64,000 nucleotides of DNA. Origin: a virus. Lineage: Duplodnaviria; Caudoviricetes. The position numbers and the translations under genes are program-made. The stretch covers positions 96,001-160,000 of IMG/VR virus record IMGVR_UViG_3300005077_000001; one strand, 5' to 3'. The notes below the pieces were generated by a model. It was not told the DNA's origin. It was given only the letters and a program-made list of their open reading frames with translations, and searched no databases. This document shows positions 52,814 to 62,769 of the stretch, in pieces (position 1 is the stretch's first letter; each line of letters starts with the position of its first letter).

Positions 52814-53212
52814 ATGGCTATAACAAATCTACTTGGACCATCACGTAGGTCTAAAAATGCTAGTAAGGGATTCTTTGATCCAGAGAATGATTTTCTAATT
52901 GCTGGAACTGGCGTGACCATTTCTGTTGTAGACCCATCAACTGAGAGCTACAGTGGCATCGAACAAGATAATGTTCCTTGGGGATCAGACGTAAAGCGAG
53001 TAGTTAAAATTGAAGCTGATTTAAGTGGTTTAGATACTGGTGGTTTAGTAACTGATAGTGGTTTAACTACTATTTTAGCGGATTATGCTACTACATCAGC
53101 TTTAGGAGATGTTGAAGCACTAATTCCAACCGTATCTGGTTATTCTGGAGAAGTAACAGTTAGTGGCGCTGTTTTCACAATTGAAAATGGTCTTATCACA
53201 GGGGTTGCGTAA
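52814..53212 (+). CDS. Hypothetical virion protein (fibre-like C-terminus)
   Basis: 132 aa; ends VFTIENGLITGVA; GGAGG RBS. Confidence 0.45.
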   Translation: MAITNLLGPSRRSKNASKGFFDPENDFLIAGTGVTISVVDPSTESYSGIEQDNVPWGSDVKRVVKIEADLSGLDTGGLVTDSGLTTILADYATTSALGDVEALIPTVSGYSGEVTVSGAVFTIENGLITGVA

Positions 53213-53218
53213 TAGTGT

Positions 53219-53584
53219 ATGGGGTATTCACGTATAGATACACCTTTTCCTAATTTAGGAAAAGTTTATAGGCATAGAGGTTATTCCTTTAAGCTATGCC
53301 CTTACTCTACAGAATACCGGGAAAAGTATAAATACTCTTCGGGGTTTATTTATGGTTTTGATGGGGATGGGAATCCTCTCCGTTATAGTAATACGGTAGT
53401 GGTCGGTAACACAACTAATTCAGATTTGCAAGCATTGCCTTACTCTGGGTATCAATGTTCCGACCACACAACAACTTCTGGTTATATGGAATATCATTCT
53501 GATCCACCTGGTTGGATCTGTAATGATCCAAATTGTTTATACCATACCACACTTGCTAGTGGTAAGTGTTATATAGAAATTTAA
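53219..53584 (+). CDS. Hypothetical protein with Cys/His cluster
   Basis: 121 aa; C-x2-H ... C-x4-C-x2-H pattern. Confidence 0.45.
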   Translation: MGYSRIDTPFPNLGKVYRHRGYSFKLCPYSTEYREKYKYSSGFIYGFDGDGNPLRYSNTVVVGNTTNSDLQALPYSGYQCSDHTTTSGYMEYHSDPPGWICNDPNCLYHTTLASGKCYIEI

Positions 53585-53599
53585 TTTAGGAGTATTAAA

Positions 53600-54298
53600 A
53601 TGGCAATAACAGAATATGTGTACTCCCCAGATTATCCTAGTAATTATAAAACAATTACTGTTGATATGGATAGAAGGATACCTGTAGGAGCTGGTGGGGA
53701 TGAAAAGTATATTTTAAAGTTCTCTACTTCTGCTTATAGTAGTGTGTCTTCTAGTACCCGTATCAGCGATATATACATGTATCATTTAAGACGAGGGTGG
53801 GCACAATCTTTTATTGTAAGCTCCCCACTAGATGTGTCTGGTGGTACATTGCAGATTGCAATAGACGAGGATGATTCTGGGTATATATCGGTAGATCTTC
53901 CAACAGGAACATTGAATTGCAGCACTATAGCATCTTCTTTACAGGATTCAATAAGAGCTACTGCTTCCGGTACTGGAGCTAAAGCTTCTGCAACTAATAG
54001 GCTTTCCTATTTGAATGCCCAAGTAACCTATGAAGAGGGAAGATTCACAATACTATCTGGCTCAGTAAAATCAGAGTATATTGAAACTTCTAATTGGAAA
54101 GATACTTCTAGTGTTCATGTAACAGGTGGAACTGAAAAAGATACTTTAGGATTTTCAACTGGATATCCTAATTCAATTGATGTTGCAACAACGGCATCTG
54201 GTTCATTGCATGCTCCAGCTTCTGCTCTTGTAACTTTTGATGATGCTGTGAGATTCGGTATTGAATCAATGATAAATCAAATAGACTTTACAGGATAA
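53600..54298 (+). CDS. Hypothetical virion structural protein
   Basis: 232 aa Ser/Thr/Gly-rich; AGGAG RBS. Confidence 0.5.
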   Translation: MAITEYVYSPDYPSNYKTITVDMDRRIPVGAGGDEKYILKFSTSAYSSVSSSTRISDIYMYHLRRGWAQSFIVSSPLDVSGGTLQIAIDEDDSGYISVDLPTGTLNCSTIASSLQDSIRATASGTGAKASATNRLSYLNAQVTYEEGRFTILSGSVKSEYIETSNWKDTSSVHVTGGTEKDTLGFSTGYPNSIDVATTASGSLHAPASALVTFDDAVRFGIESMINQIDFTG

Positions 54299-54320
54299 GT
54301 AATTATGGAAGGGGTTATTA

Positions 54321-56675
54321 ATGGATTACAATTTATTAAAAAAGTCTTATTGTTATTCTTTAACCACAACGTGGTCTGGTGCTATAGGATATACTAATCA
54401 GCCCCTTTCCTATGATAGTTTACTTACAATTGTTGATGATAACTTAACTGATACCTATATAACCGTTACTGGTGGTAAGTATATAGGTATGTATGGACAA
54501 CTAGGTAGAAATTTTTATTGTAAACAATTTCGTCTTTATGCATCAGGGTCTGGAGATGACCCTGTTTTATTTTATTATAAAGATTCTGCCCCAACAGAAC
54601 ATACTTTAACCCCAACTTATTCACCTGATGGGTATTATTATTACGATGTTCCCTCTGATGGTGAGGTCGGCGCGACCGCTGTAAGTGATTTTTATTTTAT
54701 ATTTTGTGCTAATACCACAAATAAATATGTATATGAATGCCAGGTACTTAATTGGGATGAGGCTGTAGATTTTGGAATAGACGGAACTAACGACGATGAG
54801 ATAACTCTACCTGCCTCTTATTCAAGAGCTACCTCTCTGCCAATTTACAACGACAATCCAATACAAGCAACAGCAGATGCAAGAGTTGTACCATCCTACA
54901 CTGGTGATTATCTAGTAGATAAAATACTTAAATTAAGTGATAACCCTGACCAAGATATAACTAATTCTGGTGGATGGTACACCGTAGATACTTCAGTTGG
55001 TTTTCCTAGTACTTGGCTTTGGAATACAGGTACTTTTTCTAATACAGAACAATCTGGTAATTATGTACGTTTATCTAGCTCTTCTATTTCAGGTACTTGG
55101 ACATCCCCCGTAATCCAAGTTAGTGATCCATCTTGCATTATCGCCTATATTTATGGGGGTAATAAGACCGCAAAAGCTAAATTAAATAAGTACAATAACT
55201 CAATTAATGAGATATTAGAATGTAGAGCAAGTAATATAGAACCAGAAGTTGATGCTTTATTTGCTGTATGGGCAGCTACTGAGACTAATGAATATACTGG
55301 TGTAGCAACTAAATCTAAGTGGTTATTGTGTGAATTAGATGGCTCTTCAAATTCTTTTAAAGCACACGGAACTGATGGTCAAAATGTTACTGGACCATTA
55401 ATGTGTGCGGGGTCTAGTTCTTATTATATGGGTATGAATTCTAATATGATTACTCGTTGGGACGGAGCACCTGTCGATTGGACAGTTAATGGTGGAAGAC
55501 GTATAAAAGAAGTATCTAGATTATCCACATCTTATTGGGAGTTAGGGTATGATTTAGGTTATGATATGCATTCAGTTTATGGTCCTTTTTGGTGGCCTTA
55601 CACTAAAATGATACCAATACCAGGAACCTATAATTCTTGGTACAGAGTTTTAGTCCTACCCTATTATGATTGGGGGCAGCATTACTCTTACTATATAGAA
55701 CTTCTTAATGAGTATACGAGAAATACCTATATACAAATAAATAATTACGGAAGTATTGATTCATTTTGGCTAACAAATTTTGGTTCCTGTTTAGCTTCGG
55801 ATATAAACGGTGTTTGGGTTTATTACCATGGTACAGTTAAAAAATACAGCATGGCTTTAGCAGAAGTAGGTTCTTTCACAATATTGGAACAAGAGCATAT
55901 CTCTATAGTTGATAGTGCTAATAATGTGCCTGGATTTTGGGGTATTTCTAATAATAAGATTTGTTTTTATGAGCATTCTATTTCTGAAAGTACTCTGACT
56001 AGAACTATAAATATTACAAGCAACACTCCTGCTTTTAATAGTCTTGGTGGAGGAGCGGTTGATAAAAATAATAATCTATGGTTAGTAGATAGAACTTTAA
56101 GTATGTTGTATAGAGTTAACTATGAGCTTGGAGTTATAGATTTTAGTATGAATATTCCTTCTGTTGTTTCTGTGGTTCCTTATCCAAGTGGAGATAAAGT
56201 TTATGTGTATTGTTATGATGACCCAGATTATTCTGGAGGGGATACTATACGATTGATAGATAGGGTTACAGGGCATAATACTTTTCAATGTTTAGTTCCA
56301 GGCTGGGACCCAGATAACAGTGTAAGAGCAAAAATGATCGGAGTAGTAACGGAACCTTCTAATACAGGATACATGTATCCTGCTGTAAACGATCCTATAT
56401 GGGGGAATAATGGAGCATTGACTTGGCAAGATTATCCAAACGCTAATCTAGGTTTACCTAGAGGATTATATAAACAATTTAGAATTACTCTGCAACGAGA
56501 TGCTACAAGCACAACTTCTCCTTATTTAGAGTATGTTAAAATACCAATACCTCTAGTTTTACGGTCTATTCCGTGGAAGGGATATAAGAACGTATATATA
56601 GATACTGATTTAACAACAGGTGCCAACCCCGGTAATTATAATTTAGATTTACTAGTATGGTGGCCTCAGGAATAG
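54321..56675 (+). CDS. Large structural protein, possible receptor-binding (discoidin-like N-terminus, beta-propeller-like segment)
   Basis: 784 aa; GAVDKNNNLWLVD NHL-like blade; WTSPVI and QFRITL...PYLEYV jelly-roll halves. Confidence 0.45.
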   Translation: MDYNLLKKSYCYSLTTTWSGAIGYTNQPLSYDSLLTIVDDNLTDTYITVTGGKYIGMYGQLGRNFYCKQFRLYASGSGDDPVLFYYKDSAPTEHTLTPTYSPDGYYYYDVPSDGEVGATAVSDFYFIFCANTTNKYVYECQVLNWDEAVDFGIDGTNDDEITLPASYSRATSLPIYNDNPIQATADARVVPSYTGDYLVDKILKLSDNPDQDITNSGGWYTVDTSVGFPSTWLWNTGTFSNTEQSGNYVRLSSSSISGTWTSPVIQVSDPSCIIAYIYGGNKTAKAKLNKYNNSINEILECRASNIEPEVDALFAVWAATETNEYTGVATKSKWLLCELDGSSNSFKAHGTDGQNVTGPLMCAGSSSYYMGMNSNMITRWDGAPVDWTVNGGRRIKEVSRLSTSYWELGYDLGYDMHSVYGPFWWPYTKMIPIPGTYNSWYRVLVLPYYDWGQHYSYYIELLNEYTRNTYIQINNYGSIDSFWLTNFGSCLASDINGVWVYYHGTVKKYSMALAEVGSFTILEQEHISIVDSANNVPGFWGISNNKICFYEHSISESTLTRTINITSNTPAFNSLGGGAVDKNNNLWLVDRTLSMLYRVNYELGVIDFSMNIPSVVSVVPYPSGDKVYVYCYDDPDYSGGDTIRLIDRVTGHNTFQCLVPGWDPDNSVRAKMIGVVTEPSNTGYMYPAVNDPIWGNNGALTWQDYPNANLGLPRGLYKQFRITLQRDATSTTSPYLEYVKIPIPLVLRSIPWKGYKNVYIDTDLTTGANPGNYNLDLLVWWPQE

Positions 56676-56679
56676 TTAA

Positions 56680-57192
56680 ATGGCTGATTTTTTTATAAGA
56701 AATCCTTTAAAACCTACGCAAGTATATACTATCTCTATAACGATGAGACAAATAATTATGCCTTCTCAAGATCCATCTCTAGCAGGAGAGTTAGTATGGG
56801 TTTTAGAAGGAGCTACTTTAGCTATGGATTGCGAAGGTATTACAATCCCTGCAGAACGAATATTTGTTAGAAACTATAATACTATTGATGAAGAAATTAA
56901 TAACTTAGTTAATAAGATTAGTTCTAAAATGTGTTGGGAATTAATAGATGACACTCAACCTCCTTATATTTTGGAAAAATATCCTTTGGATAATGAAGCT
57001 GATATTCCTGTGACTACTTCTATTTCAGTTAGGTTATCTGATGGGTTAGAAAAAGAATTTGCAGCTTCAGGTATCAAAAAAAATTCTATAAAATTTTATA
57101 TGAAAGGTTTTGATATGACTGAGCAATTAGAAATAGTGGGTAATCCTTGGGATTATAGTTTTAATTTTACACCTGGGACTAAAGGAACTTAA
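56680..57192 (+). CDS. Structural protein with Big_5 (SbsA)-like Ig domain
   Basis: PPYILEKYPLDNEADIPVTTSISVRLSD motif. Confidence 0.55.
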   Translation: MADFFIRNPLKPTQVYTISITMRQIIMPSQDPSLAGELVWVLEGATLAMDCEGITIPAERIFVRNYNTIDEEINNLVNKISSKMCWELIDDTQPPYILEKYPLDNEADIPVTTSISVRLSDGLEKEFAASGIKKNSIKFYMKGFDMTEQLEIVGNPWDYSFNFTPGTKGT

Positions 57193-58547
57193 TGGATACA
57201 AATATTAGATTCATAGAACCTAATATGTCTATTTATGAAGCAGGGGGAGAAGAACTTTTCTATAATATCACTTATAAAAATAGTTCAATTCCTAATTCTT
57301 TAATAGTGAAGGATTCTAATGGTGGAGTTATACGAACTTATCCCTTGAGCTTAAATCTTGATTATCAAGTAATTTCTTTAGTGTTTGATGGGTTTTATTT
57401 CTGGTCATTACAAAGAATAACTAGTACCTATGGAGTGTTACAGGGGTCTGTTATTCGTAAATGGGAAATTAATTCAGAAGATACACAACTGATTCATTTG
57501 AAGCAACAGACGTTTTGGAATACGGCTGATTTAAAATACGATTTGAGTGCATTAGCTGTAGAATATTATAATCTAGAACTAATAGAAAGTATTATAGCAG
57601 GCATGAATGTCATTAAATGTAGGTATCCAGAAGATTATGAACCCATACTAAGACTAAGAGAGGATGATATAGTAGTTGTTGGTCCTAATAATTTAGGTCA
57701 GTATTTCGAAGGCACAGTATCTTATACTGAAACTTATGAGCACCCAACAAATGGATATTGTAGAATAATATTTAAAAACTATATTGATAATTCTTTTTTA
57801 GTAGAAAATAATTGTTTTTGTGGAACTAGGTTGTGGGTATTTAATAATTATAGTACAAACCTTTACAGAGGTTCATTATATGAATTAGATTTAAATACCA
57901 TATCGGTAATAAATACTTGGGAAAGTTGTTTATTTAAGAATGTGAAATGTTCTACTTTTCACATTGTAGATAATATAGACCGTATAAATGCGGGTAATAA
58001 AGTATTATCTCTCTTATATAGAGTTAATCATATATTAGTAATTGCGGATGTTACTGATCCTACAAATACTCAAATGACTATGATTTTACCTGATAACCAT
58101 AAGGACTATAACGATTACATTCTTTCTTATAGTATCTATCTTAAACATAATCCTTTTGACGTTTTGGATAACCCACAGTTATACAGTCTACAAATAGGAT
58201 ATCGTGATGTAACGTATGGGTATCAAACTTTTAGTACATATAATTATCTTACTTTTAAATTAGATTATTATCCATCTTTTATGTCTTTGATGATGGACCC
58301 GATGATTGTAATGGCTAGTGGTATAGGAAACATAAGATGCCATCTTATAGATCAATATGATTTTCCAATACAAGCTGGTATCAATGTACATTGGGATACT
58401 GATGGTGATGGAACATTATTGGGGTGGCCTGGAAACCTTGATTTAAATGATATCCCAACTGATGAAAATGGAATTTCGTATAATAGATTAAGAGCAGGTA
58501 CTTCCATGGGGTACTATAACGTTTCTACTTCTACTATAGTTACTTAA
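57192..58547 (+). CDS. Structural protein with C-terminal Big_1-like Ig domain
   Basis: IRCHLIDQYDFPIQAGINVHW...TDENG; paralogue of next gene. Confidence 0.55.
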   Translation: MDTNIRFIEPNMSIYEAGGEELFYNITYKNSSIPNSLIVKDSNGGVIRTYPLSLNLDYQVISLVFDGFYFWSLQRITSTYGVLQGSVIRKWEINSEDTQLIHLKQQTFWNTADLKYDLSALAVEYYNLELIESIIAGMNVIKCRYPEDYEPILRLREDDIVVVGPNNLGQYFEGTVSYTETYEHPTNGYCRIIFKNYIDNSFLVENNCFCGTRLWVFNNYSTNLYRGSLYELDLNTISVINTWESCLFKNVKCSTFHIVDNIDRINAGNKVLSLLYRVNHILVIADVTDPTNTQMTMILPDNHKDYNDYILSYSIYLKHNPFDVLDNPQLYSLQIGYRDVTYGYQTFSTYNYLTFKLDYYPSFMSLMMDPMIVMASGIGNIRCHLIDQYDFPIQAGINVHWDTDGDGTLLGWPGNLDLNDIPTDENGISYNRLRAGTSMGYYNVSTSTIVT

Positions 58548-58557
58548 GGAGCGAACA

Positions 58558-60030
58558 ATGTCAACCGATTATTCAAATTTAAAATTAACAATGTCTCATT
58601 TTTGTGTGGTAGATGATTATTATTTTGTAATGTACCCTTCTCCTTTAAATTTACTAATGAAGAAAACAAATTATGGAGATCCAGTAATGACTTACCCTTT
58701 CAGTGATGAAATGGATTTATCTGCTGTGAATAATCAGTTTATCGGGTTAGATTATGATGGGGTAAATTTTTGGTCATTGGAAAAAGTAAGTTATGGTAGT
58801 AGCATAGAAAAAAGACGTAGATTAAGGAGATGGAGAATAGAAAATTTTATGTGCGTGTTAAAAGATTCTTGGATTCTTTCTGGTCAAGGTGGAGAAGATA
58901 TAAATGGAAGAGCTTTTTGTATAGAGCACTATCATGACTTTCTAGCTGAGGATTGTGGGTTAGGTACTTCCTATACTCAGTCTTTAAAATTAACAACTCC
59001 CACATCTTGCTATTTCCATAGTGGGGATCACATTGCTATTACAGATAGTGTAACCGGGGATATTAAGGATGCTGCTGTTAATACTAAATTAGGATCTGAT
59101 GTAGTAAATTTACAGGTGCCATTAGATACTACTTTATCAGCCGGAAGTAAAGTATCCCATTTTAGAAGATTGTACTTTTTTAATAATCAAGCTCCTACAA
59201 TTGGAGCTAGTAGTGCTGCATTATATATTTGGTCCATACCTATAACTACAGGAACAGATCCATTAACTGATAGAACTCCAAGCTATATTACTTGTGATAC
59301 TAGTGGGGTTTATGAAGGAACACAAGCTGCTCATTTTTGTACAATAAGCGGTGTAGATGCAGTTAATTCAGGGTATGAGACAGGATTAATTTCTTATATA
59401 CGAGGTATGCAATTGCTACTAAAAAAACCCATGCTTCCGGCTGGAACTACAGGGTATCCTGATGGGGTTGAAGCTACAGGTATTGAGTATAGGAGTAATA
59501 TAAACTCTATGCTCATTGATACATTAATCAATACAGCAAAAACAGAGATATATACTGTATACGCATTATCTTCTTCTCAGAGTCCAAACTCTGCTAGTGC
59601 TGTAAATGTATATCGGCTTCAAAATAAGTATACGTATGCTACTGATGGCTCTTGGAGTACATACAACTATGTTGTATCCACATTAGACCCCGTAATTACT
59701 TCTTTAACTTTATCAATGGAGCCTTCTTTACTCCCAGCTAATGGGACTTCTAAAGCAAACATATATGCTGTATTAAGAGATCAATACGGGTATGCAATTA
59801 ATGATAAAACTGTTACGTTTCAAGTAGAAGACGCATTAGGTGGTAGATTTTGTGCACCGACTGTAACTATAACTCCTTGTACTGGTGGAGATTGCTGGAT
59901 TTCTGGGGATGGTTCTCAAGCAAGAGTAGTTACCGGAACACAGAATATAGGAGATGGAGCAGCAGTAATCGGATGGTTAGTAGGTACGAGTGCCGGTTTC
60001 CCAATTGTTACAGCAACGGTTTCTGAATAA
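58558..60030 (+). CDS. Structural protein with C-terminal Big_1-like Ig domain
   Basis: PSLLPANGTSKANIYAVLRDQYGYAINDKTVTF...IVTATV. Confidence 0.65.
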   Translation: MSTDYSNLKLTMSHFCVVDDYYFVMYPSPLNLLMKKTNYGDPVMTYPFSDEMDLSAVNNQFIGLDYDGVNFWSLEKVSYGSSIEKRRRLRRWRIENFMCVLKDSWILSGQGGEDINGRAFCIEHYHDFLAEDCGLGTSYTQSLKLTTPTSCYFHSGDHIAITDSVTGDIKDAAVNTKLGSDVVNLQVPLDTTLSAGSKVSHFRRLYFFNNQAPTIGASSAALYIWSIPITTGTDPLTDRTPSYITCDTSGVYEGTQAAHFCTISGVDAVNSGYETGLISYIRGMQLLLKKPMLPAGTTGYPDGVEATGIEYRSNINSMLIDTLINTAKTEIYTVYALSSSQSPNSASAVNVYRLQNKYTYATDGSWSTYNYVVSTLDPVITSLTLSMEPSLLPANGTSKANIYAVLRDQYGYAINDKTVTFQVEDALGGRFCAPTVTITPCTGGDCWISGDGSQARVVTGTQNIGDGAAVIGWLVGTSAGFPIVTATVSE

Positions 60031-61565
60031 TGTCTACATTATCCAGAAGTATAACATACAGACAAGGATTTCAACTTGATTCTGATTATATTTCTAGAGT
60101 TAAACAAACTATAACTGACACGACTTGGTTAAGGCAGAGAGGAGATATTATCTCCGATGATATAATACAAATGGGTAAGATATTTCGTAGGGCAAGAGAA
60201 GGGACTTCAGGAAAGTGTGGAGATATACCTGATGAGCTTCGGTGGGATAATATCCCTCACGCTAGCTATGAAATTTGTGGGTATTTAGATAAATCTATTT
60301 CTTGCACATTTCCTATTTGGAGTTCAGATAGTAATTCATGGATAGACTGGCCTTGCTCCTTTTATGGTACCCAAATTTTTATGCAAATATACGATTTATC
60401 AGCTAATGGAGGAATATCTGCAAAAATAATGTCTCCTGTTAGCACGGATAGATTTTTGGAACAGGCTGATCTATCTACTTCAAGTAACACGTTTTATTGG
60501 AATTTACCTAATAAACAAAAAGACGCAAAATTAGAAGTTTTTAATTTTCTACAAGAGATAATTCCGGCTCCTTATAGTATAAGAAATTCTCCAGACTCTT
60601 CTATATGGATTAGGTTAAGAGATCCTCTATACCCTCTAGATGTTTCAACCTTTATCATGTATGTTAATAGCATAGATATCTCTACACAAGTTGATATAAA
60701 TCGCGTAACTAATGGTGTAGAAATACTATACAATCCTATAAGTAATTTTGCTTATGCTAGTCGTGTATTTGTTTCTGTATTAATAGGTACGGAGTCTTCA
60801 ACAGTTTTTTCTTTATTAGGGGCATATACTTCTGAACAAGAATACATAGAAATAGATTTTGATGCGTTTCTATTAAATGCTGGAGGTATATTAAAAATAG
60901 GGCCAAATAGTGATGGTATATTTGAAAACGTGTATATTGAAGATATAATAGACGAGTCAATGATTAAGATAACCCCTCTAGTTAATTCTTATCAAGATGG
61001 TAATCAAATTGAATATTTTCCAAGCCAATCATTACTGCATTTAGATTACTACTTTGATATCATTGATGATTATAGACCACCATGGTTTGATGGTTTATAT
61101 CCTAGTGATAATTCTGAAAACATTTCTGTAACTTCCCCTATCTACTTTACTGTAAACGATGTAGGGTTAGGTGTAAATATAAATAGTTTAATATTTAAAA
61201 TAAATGATCTGGAAGTAACTCCAGCTATCAAACAAGTTTCTGATAATTCTTATTTGGTTTCTTATGTACCGATGAAAGAATTCTATTACGATTCATATAT
61301 GTATTGTTATGCTTATATAGAAGATGTAGCTGTTTCTAAAAATTATGCTTCCGTTTCATGGAGATTTAGAACTCAAGTATCCAACCCACCGTCTATTATA
61401 AATTTTCATCCTGGATGTTGTAAGGATAACATACACACTATGTCGGATATATACTTTGATATTTTTGGAGAAGAGACTGGCTTAGATTTAAATAGCCTTT
61501 TAATAACTATAGATGGAGTAATCTATCCTATAGAATTAATTCCTAAAATTTATAGGCAGGAGTAA
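60030..61565 (+). CDS. Structural protein with repeated Big_5-like Ig domains
   Basis: PPWFDGLYPSDNSENISVTSPIYFTVND.GLGVNINSL and PPSIINFHP...IYFDIF..GLDLNSL. Confidence 0.55.
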   Translation: MSTLSRSITYRQGFQLDSDYISRVKQTITDTTWLRQRGDIISDDIIQMGKIFRRAREGTSGKCGDIPDELRWDNIPHASYEICGYLDKSISCTFPIWSSDSNSWIDWPCSFYGTQIFMQIYDLSANGGISAKIMSPVSTDRFLEQADLSTSSNTFYWNLPNKQKDAKLEVFNFLQEIIPAPYSIRNSPDSSIWIRLRDPLYPLDVSTFIMYVNSIDISTQVDINRVTNGVEILYNPISNFAYASRVFVSVLIGTESSTVFSLLGAYTSEQEYIEIDFDAFLLNAGGILKIGPNSDGIFENVYIEDIIDESMIKITPLVNSYQDGNQIEYFPSQSLLHLDYYFDIIDDYRPPWFDGLYPSDNSENISVTSPIYFTVNDVGLGVNINSLIFKINDLEVTPAIKQVSDNSYLVSYVPMKEFYYDSYMYCYAYIEDVAVSKNYASVSWRFRTQVSNPPSIINFHPGCCKDNIHTMSDIYFDIFGEETGLDLNSLLITIDGVIYPIELIPKIYRQE

Positions 61566-61570
61566 TATCG

Positions 61571-62767
61571 ATGGAAGTAGGAAAAATATCAGCATACAAT
61601 TTAGATAAAGATTTTAAACCTTTTTACTGGGAACTGAGTTCCACTACAGCAGTTACTAGGGTTATACATAACGAAGAACAAATTGTGAGATGTAGGATGC
61701 GAGATTATTCTCCACCAAGAGCCGAAATAAAATATTTTAATATGGATGGTACTTCTGCTGCTCAATTTACTCTAATTTCAGGTAGTGATTATGTAAACAA
61801 CGTTGTGGATATGTGTTGGAGTAATACTGATAATAAATATGCATATATTGTAGCTAATAATGATAGCTATAGTATATACAGATGCTTAAGCAATGGTACT
61901 TATTTCGATACTGTTCTACAAAATTTAATCCCTGACGAAGGTGTTGGTTGGGATTGGGCTTCTGCTTCTGGTAATGTTCAAATTGCGGCAGGAGAAGAAG
62001 ATTATTATGTTAAAGTGCAAGGATCTGTCTATAAGATACCAATTTCAACTATAGATGTAGAAACTAAATCTACTTCAGATTTTTATGATATAGTAGCTGA
62101 AGCAGGTACTCTATCTGGAAGTGAAGTTCCTGGAGGATACTTTGGTACTTATTTAAAATACCCCTATGCCTTTAATCCCCAAAACGGGAATGAATGCTAT
62201 AATTTTTCTTATCAATATGCTCCATATTATAATGTTCCTAGTGGAGTAGCTATAAGCGGCAGTCTTATGTACAGTTGGTATGATTCCCCTATAGACACAG
62301 TGTATTTAAGATCAATTTCTACAAGTGGTAACATGGCTAATATGCCTTATAGATGGGCGTTATTAAATATACCAGATTATTCAACATATAATTACCCTAT
62401 ATTCATAAATCAAACAGATGTTAATGCATTGCATTATTTAAACGGTTCTGCTACTACATCAGGAACCTCGGTGTTACTGAATGTATTTAATTTAGATTCG
62501 GAAGTGGCGGCCTTCATAAATCTTAACTCTTCTGATATTTTAATGCCAGCAGGAGTTGGTGATACAGCTTTAATAACAGCTACAGTTATAAATTGTTGGG
62601 GTGAACCAAAAGAAGGAAAACCTGTAGACTTTTGGATATATTCTGGAGATGGCTCTATAATACCTATAGATACTGAAACCGATGCTAATGGTAAATGCAG
62701 AGCTACTTTTTGGGGAGGGTCTACTGTAGGACCAACTCAGATAAACGCGGTAGTAAATGAGATCTAA
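61571..62767 (+). CDS. Structural protein with C-terminal Big_1-like Ig domain
   Basis: ALITATVINCWGEPKEGKPVDF...TDANGKCRATF...TQINAVV. Confidence 0.65.
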   Translation: MEVGKISAYNLDKDFKPFYWELSSTTAVTRVIHNEEQIVRCRMRDYSPPRAEIKYFNMDGTSAAQFTLISGSDYVNNVVDMCWSNTDNKYAYIVANNDSYSIYRCLSNGTYFDTVLQNLIPDEGVGWDWASASGNVQIAAGEEDYYVKVQGSVYKIPISTIDVETKSTSDFYDIVAEAGTLSGSEVPGGYFGTYLKYPYAFNPQNGNECYNFSYQYAPYYNVPSGVAISGSLMYSWYDSPIDTVYLRSISTSGNMANMPYRWALLNIPDYSTYNYPIFINQTDVNALHYLNGSATTSGTSVLLNVFNLDSEVAAFINLNSSDILMPAGVGDTALITATVINCWGEPKEGKPVDFWIYSGDGSIIPIDTETDANGKCRATFWGGSTVGPTQINAVVNEI

Positions 62768-62769
62768 AT

